Shown piece after piece: positions 54,658 to 64,000 of a stretch of 64,000 bases of DNA. Position numbers and translations under genes: made by a program. The stretch is from contig OX597817.1 in NCBI GenBank assembly GCA_951406725.2, positions 126,790,001 through 126,854,000 of the forward strand, written 5' to 3'. Every line of letters starts with the position of its first letter. Position 1 is the first letter of the stretch. The DNA is from Octopus vulgaris. Taxonomy: Eukaryota. The notes under the pieces were generated by a model, which worked only from the letters and a program-made list of their open reading frames with translations, was not told the DNA's origin and did no database searches.

Positions 54658-55399
54658 AACTATACTATATAGTATACTTTCACGTTTACTTCTACACAGC
54701 ATTTTGAGTCCATAATCGGGTACCTTATTCTTGGATTAGTGTATGCAATATATATGTGTGCAATGTAGGAAATGATTTATTTTTAACATAAACACTTCAG
54801 GTATGAACATTATATGCAAACGTTTTATGTTTATTTCCATATCTCCCAAAGCATATCGGCCGTCGTGTTTTATTAATGATTGTCTACATTAATTGCTATA
54901 TATATACAGCTGCTTTGATGTTCCAATTAATAAGTTCCAAGTGTAATTCCTCAATTGTATCAAACGATGTTAATACCAAATATTATATATTCTCCTATTT
55001 ATCTTTTTAGGGTGTTCATTTTCTCTTTTATTAGATTACAAGCAAATGCGTGTCATATTATTCTTACGGTTCACACGCTCAAAACATAGCAGTGAATATT
55101 TATATCAGGATAATGTATTCCAGAATATCTGAGGTTTTGCAGATATGTTGCCATGGAGAAGAATCGCAGAAGATTATATTATAAAATCGTATGGAGAGTC
55201 TCGTTTTTGGCATACCGTAACATCAATAAGACTTTTGTGAGGCATGCACCTCCATTTGATAAGAATGCTGCAATTAATTCTTACTATACAGATATTTATA
55301 TGCTCAATTGAATCCAGTACTAAATTACTTCAAACATTTTAACAAATGAAGTCAATTATCGAAAGAGAATTGTTGAAGCCTGCGATGGCAAATTTTCTG

Positions 55400-57070
55400 T
55401 TATTCAGGAAAATTGACAGAACGAGTGGAAAACCCATATTTTAGGGCAGAACCCTTCTTCAAAGTAAATGTATCAGGAGAGCATATAGAATACTGCTGGG
55501 TTTTAAATCATATATGTTGAGAAAATGGCTCCAACATATGAGGAAGTTAAAAGAGCGTGAGTTCCATACATATTCTGAGTAATAGGAGAATTTTGGTGGG
55601 GAATATAAATTAAATGACGATGCGTAGTGCGGTTGAGAGTACAAAGGATGAGGATTGAAAAACGTTTATGAAATGTGAGTAGAAGGACCAGAACGGGATT
55701 ACTGAGCAAAGGATAAGATGTAAGATTAGAAGAACACTAATCCAATTAACCCTGTATATTGACAAGTTTGATATTGTCGTTCAGTGCATGTTTCGAAAGG
55801 GAAAGAGACTAGAATTAGGTTTGTTGGTGTGTCTAACAAGGTCTGGCGGAATGAAGGAGCCTCAAAGCATTTAAGAAATAAATATTGCATACTATTAACT
55901 TGGGTTCTAAATTTTCATCGAACTTGCAGAATCGACAATCCTGAAGTAAATAAGACGATGTTATGGCAGATTTAGTGTATGAGGACTGAAAGAAACTGCA
56001 GCAGAGATAGGGATGCAGCCCTGTAATAGACGGAGGTTGCGAAATAGACGTTGGTTTTAGTCATGGAGATATAGCGGATTTAAATTCCAGGACAGGGTGA
56101 AAGAAGTTAATGAAAGATACGAAGGCAGTAAGCTGTCGTATGATGTGTGGCGTAGTAGTGACACAATCAACTATATAACAACCGTACACGTCTGCAATGG
56201 TCCATCAAATTGGTCAACGATGTGCTTACCAATGATATTAATTACGTAAAAATGTAGTCTACTAAACTTTGCATGCCTGTTACCCATTCTGCCTTTTGCA
56301 GAGACAGCATTAATTTCGACGTAAAATTTTCTAGAAAATCATGACAATCTTAGCTACGGGAAGGATTTGGGTAGTGGCATGTACAAGTATAGTTCGTTGG
56401 TCTTCGAAGTGCTTAAGGGCTGGTAGACTTCTGGTATCTAAGATGTCTGCGTTTTGTGATTATTTGGACTACCCAGGCGGAGGAAGATATATATATATAA
56501 ATAGGTTTGAGTCGAGATTTTTACTTTTAATGTAAAACAGGATCCAGAGGCGAGAATATTATTACAAATCACGCCAGGTGGAGCTCAGTAATACAACTAC
56601 AGCTGGAGACGACATGGCCATCGGGAGTACCTAGTTTGAGAAATGAGGGCAAATTTTATTGTGGTATTTGGAATTTTGATCACATTGGGGTTAGGGACAG
56701 ATGGTAGAAGCGAACTGGAATGGATAAGGTCACACACCATAGTGAACAGGTTTGGGACAATGGCTAATGAAATCGTTACCCCTCTGGCTCTAAAAGGAGA
56801 GTCCTTCGATCTCGTGGAGTGCTTCCTGCCGATGCGGGGTGCTTCGCAAGTCTACAAGGATGCCTCAATTGCCATCCGGTTTGATAACGATCTTGCATTT
56901 TGCAGAGATTCCTGAAGGCATCGGTATACAAAAAGATACGTTTGAGATACTTTATAAGTTTTTAAATTTTGAGTCTCCAAATTCGAAACGGCATTCATGG
57001 ACAAATGAATAAGTTTAAACTAACCCAAGCTTTGTTCCCAGTAAGAATTGCGCTTTTGACGCTGATGGAC
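55400..57070 (-). mobile_element. Penelope-like element reverse transcriptase relic
   Basis: LPALKHFEDQRTIL..YGCYIVDCVTTT (RYIDDC)..LTAFVSFINFFHPVLEFK..TSVYYR, the PLE RT palm/thumb pattern; heavily disrupted. Confidence 0.7.
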
Positions 57071-57744
57071 TCATTGGTGATCATTATCTTTTGTGGAAGA
57101 CTTAACGTTGTGCCCGACACAGGGAAATCTTATGTTTAGGCATAAATAAATTGTATTGATGATAACGATTTAATAATTTTCTTTTCCCGTCTCATTTCTT
57201 TGCGTTGTTTTGAGCTCGTTAATATTTATTTTGGACTGTACTCTTCTTTGTACATTTTGGCTCATAATATCCTCTTTTCAAACTATTATCTTGTAGGAAG
57301 AGAGTTTTGAAGCATAGCTGTGCAGAGTAAGAAAATTAAATTACTTGAAATGAAGATGATCGATAGTGTTCGCATACCCCACACACTTTACACCTGGAAA
57401 TTATTCGATATAAATTCTCTAGAGGAGCATAAAAACCACCAGAATTGTATTTATACAGTTACAAAATTCATATTCTTGAGGTGTGATTTCAAACTACGTA
57501 TGTATAGGTACTGCTGAATAATGTTCCTTATAATAATTCACATTACTAGTATACTGGTGTTATGACGATAAAATTGACTTAATTCTTGAATATTACTTTG
57601 TTATCGAGACTTGCTGCATGAAGGAAACAATTTGTTGCAGCACCATTTGACCGCAATAGACAAAGCTAGTGCACTTGACAGTGACCATTTTTCTCGGCTC
57701 AATTTCTTATCAGTTAATCCACCAGCTTGGTCAATATTATTTTC

Positions 57745-57870
57745 AAATTTAGGTGTAAGACAGCAATTTCAGGTGGGGGGATAAGTCCACTACATTAACT
57801 CCACTGCTTAATTAGTACTTATTTTATTAACCCCGTAATGGCGAAAGACAAACTCGATCTGGGCAATATT
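57745..57870 (-). mobile_element. SINE family B fragment
   Basis: cagcaatttc..taagtc..tacattaac..agtacttattttatta.cccc..aaagacaaactcga. Confidence 0.6.
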
Positions 57871-59204
57871 GGAAGTAATAATTACTCGATATACTATTAA
57901 TACAAAAGCTTCTCACTTCTTCGCGGCAATTCATTTACCATTTTCTAATTCATTTTCTGTCTTCGAAATTTTCTTTCCATTACTGTTCTTTCGTACGTTT
58001 CTATAAATACTTCCACTGCTTCTACTTTGACATCATCATCATCAACTTAATCTTCCTCCTCATAATCATCATCATCATCATCAACCAGATATTTCTCTTC
58101 ATCTTCCTACTAGTTTACACTAATTTAGTTTATATTCTAAATATCAGTACCTTTTGGAGTTTTTCCCTATTTCTGAAATTCTTTTATTTTCATTCTTCTA
58201 AATCTTATTTTTATTCAAATATGTTTCTTTTAACTAACTGCATGATATAAAACATACATACCAGGCATTATATGCATAAATGCGGCGTAATTATTTTGTT
58301 ATACAGAACATATAGATTCTCTCAAACTGTTTGTATTTTACATTTCTGTTTCTCACGATAAATACAACGATTCTTTGATATAATAAATTTACCTTCTAAA
58401 GAGCATTATTAACTGTCTTACGCTTGCCAATTTTCATTGACGTGATTTAATCTGATCATCAGAGTCTACTTGACGTATTAATCTGAAGCAATTACTTTGT
58501 AAAGAGAACTATTTACTGCATAATGAAGACATTGTACTGAAGTCATTTTATACATGTATACATATATGTATATATACATGTATATGTGTGTGAGCACGTG
58601 TGGGGTGGGAGTACCTGTGTGTATATGTATTCTGTCACATTTTTAAATATACAGGTTCTTGCTTTATTCATAATGTAGATGTTTGCTTACATTCCCATAT
58701 GTTATGTTCGTCTATAATTTACTGCGAATTAGGAAAACAACATACATCTTTCTACAAAGATTGCCGATGCATGTGTATCGACTCTTAGTTTTCACACAGT
58801 ATCAAATAAATATGTAAATAAACAATACATTCTTTACACGAGTATATTCGGAATGTTTTCTAGAATATAAGCGACAGTCTTAATTTTATTCACGAATGTA
58901 CATTGTGATCGTGATTCAGAGGTATTGTTTCTGTCAATGCAAACCATGTTGCTTGGGATCTCTGCTATGAAAATAAGATATACCACCACTTGGTTGAAAT
59001 ATAATAATGTATATTTCATTTTGCCCATTTTGGATTCTTTTATAGCGATTGACGTAAAACGGGTGCCTCTTTTTTTCTTCATATAATGATATAGGTACTT
59101 AAAAGCTCATTAAAAATTATACAAAAGGACAAAATCAAGAGTGAGATACCGTGGAGTCAAAGAGGTTAGATTATCTAGATTATCATAAATATATACAAGA
59201 TATA

Positions 59205-59316
59205 TTCTTTTACTTGTTTCAGCATCCCCTTTAGTCAAACACTTCGATCCCAGGACTTCTTGGTTTCTTTTACCGAACCGCTAGCTTACGGGGACGTAAA
59301 CAAAATAACATCGGTT
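59205..59316 (-). mobile_element. SINE family A, 3' fragment
   Basis: ttttacttgtttcag..gaaccgctagcttacggggacgtaaac..catcggtt. Confidence 0.8.
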
Positions 59317-59698
<382 letters not shown>

Positions 59699-59744
59699 AT
59701 AAACTCTGAAAAATAGATCGAAATACTTTCAATGTATTCACACG

Positions 59745-60146
59745 AAAAATGAGTTTTTACTCATGGAAGATGGGGATACATGACACACAGCGGAAAGGAA
59801 TCAACAATGGCTGACTAAAAATGAGATCAAAAAGCTTCCCTGACTTCAACCCACTTGAAAATCTGTAGAGCATGCTAGATGAAATCAATATGAAAATCTC
59901 GACGGAAACCTAATTCTAAAGAAGAATTGTTTCGATTGTTGCGTGAAAAGTGGGTAGAAATTCCACAAGAGACAATCACAAAGCCCATCAGTTCAATGCC
60001 AAAAATAGTTCTGAATTAAAAACTGCAAAGCGAATATCAACTAAATACTAAAGTATGTAGTCCTATCTATCGATTACATTTCAATTGTTCGCTTTGCGTA
60101 TTAAATAAAAGATTTTGAAAATTAAAGGTGTCTAATTACTCCCTGT
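59745..60146 (+). mobile_element. Tc1-like transposase relic, 3' end
   Basis: MEDGDT*HTA..WL..PDFNPLENL*SML..SKEELFRLLREKWVEIPQETI..SSMPK..STKY*, matching QDNAP.H / SPDLNPIENLW / TKY. Confidence 0.85.
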
Positions 60147-60155
60147 ATGTTTGTG

Positions 60156-60213
<58 letters not shown>

Positions 60214-60215
<2 letters not shown>

Positions 60216-60378
60216 CACGACGGGGTTCCTTGTGTTTTCCGTCTGCCAAATTCATTCACAAGACTTTGGTCGGACCGCGGCTATAGTAGAATACACTTGC
60301 CCAAGGTTCCACACAGTGGAACTAAACCCGGAACCAAGTGGTTAGGAAGCAGACTTCTTATCACTCAGCCACTCATGC
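60214..60378 (-). mobile_element. SINE family A, 5' half
   Basis: Reverse complement gagtggctgagtgataagaagtctgc..gggtttagttcc..ccttgggcaagtgtattctactatagcc matches the 42330-42482 head. Confidence 0.85.
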
Positions 60379-61366
60379 GAGGCCAATAATACTTGGTTTC
60401 TTTTCTGTAGCTAAACAACATTGTAGTATATAACATTAACTATATCTGTAGACGCATATATTTAATGTCCACGTATTATATTTGCAAATATGTTTGTATT
60501 TTTATATATTCTTCATAAGTTAAATATTAAGAGATTTTAATCTCATATTGTTTAACCATTGGAGGAAATAGAATACTTTAGTCACACACTTATACTTCTT
60601 ATGGCTATAAGTAGCACCAACCTCATTCAGTGAAACATATTTTGATAACAAAATACGGTCTATCATTTTAAACATGAAAGATATTTAGCAACTATACAAG
60701 TTTTATAGTAATACTTCAAGCCTTAAAACTAATCTCAGAATCGATCATGAAAAGTCGCCATAAGTCAACACATTCATTCAGTATCATGAATTATATTGAC
60801 TCTTTTTAGAGTACTTTCATTATGCCAAAAGATTATTGCATCATAGCATATAGTATGAAAATTGCTCACAAGATTTGTAATTTTAACTGGCGTTATTTAC
60901 ATTCCAATCTGACATGAGAAGAAAAGTCCTATTGAATGTAATTTATAAGAAACAAAATATGACTCACAAATTAAAATAACTTAACGTACTACTCTATTTC
61001 GTACACAATTCGAGACTTTATATCACGAAATAACAATATATTTATTGGAATTATTTGGATATCGCTTTTTCCTTACTGAGATATGAATTCATTTGTGAAA
61101 GTTAAATTCAGATATTGACAGTTTGCTTTCTACATCCATCTTTACAGTAGTAAATCTTAAATGTCTGCACTTCAGAAATCCATACGAATTAAGACGGTTG
61201 TTAGTAGTATTTAGATGTTTTATATAACAGGATATATTCTTTAAAAGTATCGAGTAGAGACATTTAATTCACAGTTGTGTTAACGATGCAAACGTCTCTG
61301 ACTTGAACAGTGTATTCAGCCTCAATTAAATGACAGACCTAAAGAGTATATTTGAAAGTGAGATAG

Positions 61367-61880
61367 ATTGAATCATCCCATAAATAATGCTGTTTTCTAC
61401 ATTTCTCTTATTTTTCAAAATTAAGATAATAAAAGTTCTTTCTTAATCTAAAATATACGCTCCTTCATTTTCTGCAATGCTCTTCGACTTATATAGTAGA
61501 CTTGCGAAGCCTCTCTTCAAAATTTCGCTTGTTCTTAACGGAAAATTCTCCTCCAGTACAGAATTCATGTTTTTCCGTCCAAGTGATTTTGAAGACTGCG
61601 GAATAAATGATAATGAGCATCGTCTCCCGTTCAAATTACTCCAGCCTTTGGAATGTCATCCTCACTGTATTGGCTGAGCATTATCCTGATGGAAGAACAC
61701 CTTTCGTCTTGAAACCAAAGAAGGACGTTTTTCTTCTAGTGCTGACTTAAGCCACCCAAGCTGCTCTTCTTTGTTATTATTTGGTTTCGGTTTAAAAGTT
61801 CAAAGTAGAATAAACCTTTTATATCCAACCAAAAGGAAAGCAACACCATGCGTGGGGAAGCCCTTCTTTAGCCTGGGGAT
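61367..61880 (-). mobile_element. mariner transposon relic, 3' half with right TIR
   Basis: TIR attgaatcatcccataaataatgctgtttt (same family as 20504); minus strand reads KVFFHQDNAQP (HDNARPH)..HLF..LQNHL..ENEGAYILD*. Confidence 0.88.
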
Positions 61881-64000
61881 TTGTCTTGAGGCACAACAGT
61901 TGTTATTAAATATTCAGGTATACTTTAGGCTTTAATTGTAATGTTCTTACAACCATATTTTCTCCTTTCCTTTAAAACGTGGAGATGTGGACATGAATGC
62001 TAAAATGTGAGCCAATTAATGCTAAAATAATTCTGTGCTACAATTCTGGTGCTTCCTAAGCCTTTCCCCTTCTTAATCCACCACAGAAAAGTAAAATTTT
62101 CATTTCGACTATGGCACTGCTATCACAGTAATATGTAGTGATGTTATCCTGACTTCATTCCCTAAGTCCACAATTCTCAAGCAGTATTAGGCTTATTTCA
62201 TCTTCAACAGTTCTGTACATATTTTTGCCATTTCTTTAATTTTTGACATCGTTTAGAATTCTGTGCTGCACCCTCACTAGAACATAGTGTCATGTTCTTC
62301 ACGCGTTTTCTTTTTGTCTTTAGAAATTACTCTGCTTCTATTCTATAAGCTAAAACATGCTTTCCCAATACGTAAAAAATACAAAACCTGAGATGCTGTA
62401 GTTCTCAGACCCAAATAGTAATTTTTATATTCCTGCTAACCATTGTCTGTAAATTCCAGTTGATAAAAGGATGTTAATTTCAAACTTTTCCCCTCTTTTG
62501 CACAGATTGATATTACTTATTTCAATAATCATTGTCTTTGATATATTTTCTTAGATCGGGAATATCATATAACAAAACCGTCAATATATAGCATTCTTTA
62601 TGATCTATTTGTTTTAATTGGTCCTCTATATTTTATACACTTTCAGAAACCGTTCTTTAATGACTCTTCATGTAAGTTATTGGTGTTATCTCTCACGTCA
62701 TATTTATAACCCTCTTATAAACCGATTTCCTATTAATTGTCTAATTTAACAGTAAATTTGTCAACAGACATATCATTGTAAAATTTCTGCAGAATTTTAT
62801 ATCTGGAAAGAATCACAATTCATCTATATAGATGCTCTTCCACGAGCACCAAACAATTTTTTAGACAACATTCATATGCGCTCCAAACTCACATTTAGAT
62901 ATCTAAGCATTATAGACACTGGTATAGACAACATTTGCATGTTAGGAGAGTTGCAGAGCTCGGGAGTAGACATTTTGAACTCCTCATTTAAAAGACTTTG
63001 TTACGCGTTGGGAACACAATGGTTTATACATTAGATTACCGGCTAATTTTATTTAAAATTTGATTTATTTCATCTGTGAATGTTTCAGAAAGAAAATTAA
63101 GAAAGGAATTGGGCCGATTGATTTCCTTCTATTTCTTGAATCATACTCCAATAAACACAAAATGAGAAACGATGCATTTTAAAGCATTTCTTAGTGTTAT
63201 AATGCTGTAAATCGTTTAATAATGTGATGTAATATAGCCTGTACACGACATTTTTCCCTCCAAAATATATACAAGATATTGATAGTACGGAAATAGTTAT
63301 ATAATGCTGAAATTAGTAATTTATATGTGAATATTTTATAGAATATATCTTTCATAAATCACGACTTATTAAACAATTACATTCCAACCGTAGTTAGAAA
63401 CATCAACATAAATATATATTTTCCAATTCCGTTGTCACTAAAATGACAATTTATACTTTTTAGATTTGCTTTAACATATTTTTTCGTTCTATGTAATTAT
63501 GAATGTTTACTTCCAAACTGTATTTATCATCTTTATTTGTTTTTTTATTTATTTTTTGAGGCGTCTACTTTCTACAGAAGCAATAATCTATTCATAAAAC
63601 GAATTAAAGAAGAACAATTATTTTCCTGCTTAACACAATCATTCCATCATTTGTAGCTAAATAAAGTGACTTATACGCCATAAGTCTTTATTTCATATAT
63701 ATGTATTATGAAATCTTCAAACCCTTATGCTTATTTATATTTCATTTTTACTGAAATAGAAGATGTTTTAACGTTATGAGTTGATAAGATCTGCTAGTTA
63801 ACAGTTGTTTATATAGTTTTAAATTGATAAATTGATTTCAGTAATAGAAAATTTTTAACAGCTTTCCAATGACGGACACTAAAAGAAGACATATAAAGCA
63901 GTCCCTCGGTTTCACAATACAAGCATCTCAACATATTCTATAAAAGATGGTTGCTTTACCACACTGTTGCGTTTCGTAATCCCAATCTTCTAAACCCTTG

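Overview
AT-rich, repeat-saturated eukaryotic DNA with no supportable intact protein-coding gene; most ORFs in the track are microsatellite artefacts. The dense (TA)n/(AAT)n/(GATA)n repeats, two tRNA-derived SINE families and a GC-rich 28S fragment suggest an intergenic or intronic region of a coleoid cephalopod, probably Octopus (inference, no search run). Contents: decayed mariner/Tc1 and Chapaev3-like DNA transposons; R4/Dong-like, Tx1/L1-like and Penelope-like (PLE) retroelement relics; a gag-only Gypsy-type LTR element; a solo LTR with TSD; a non-autonomous Helitron with intact ends; a MITE; and a pseudogenised 3' fragment of 28S rRNA. The most unusual signals are (i) decayed hammerhead-ribozyme-like motifs in non-coding repeats, namely a tRNA-headed SINE-like element at 59.3-59.7 kb and a ~310-bp palindrome at 5.9-6.2 kb, and (ii) complementary halves of one mariner family in opposite orientation ~40 kb apart, a possible inversion scar. 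Boundaries of decayed elements are approximate and translations were read by eye.
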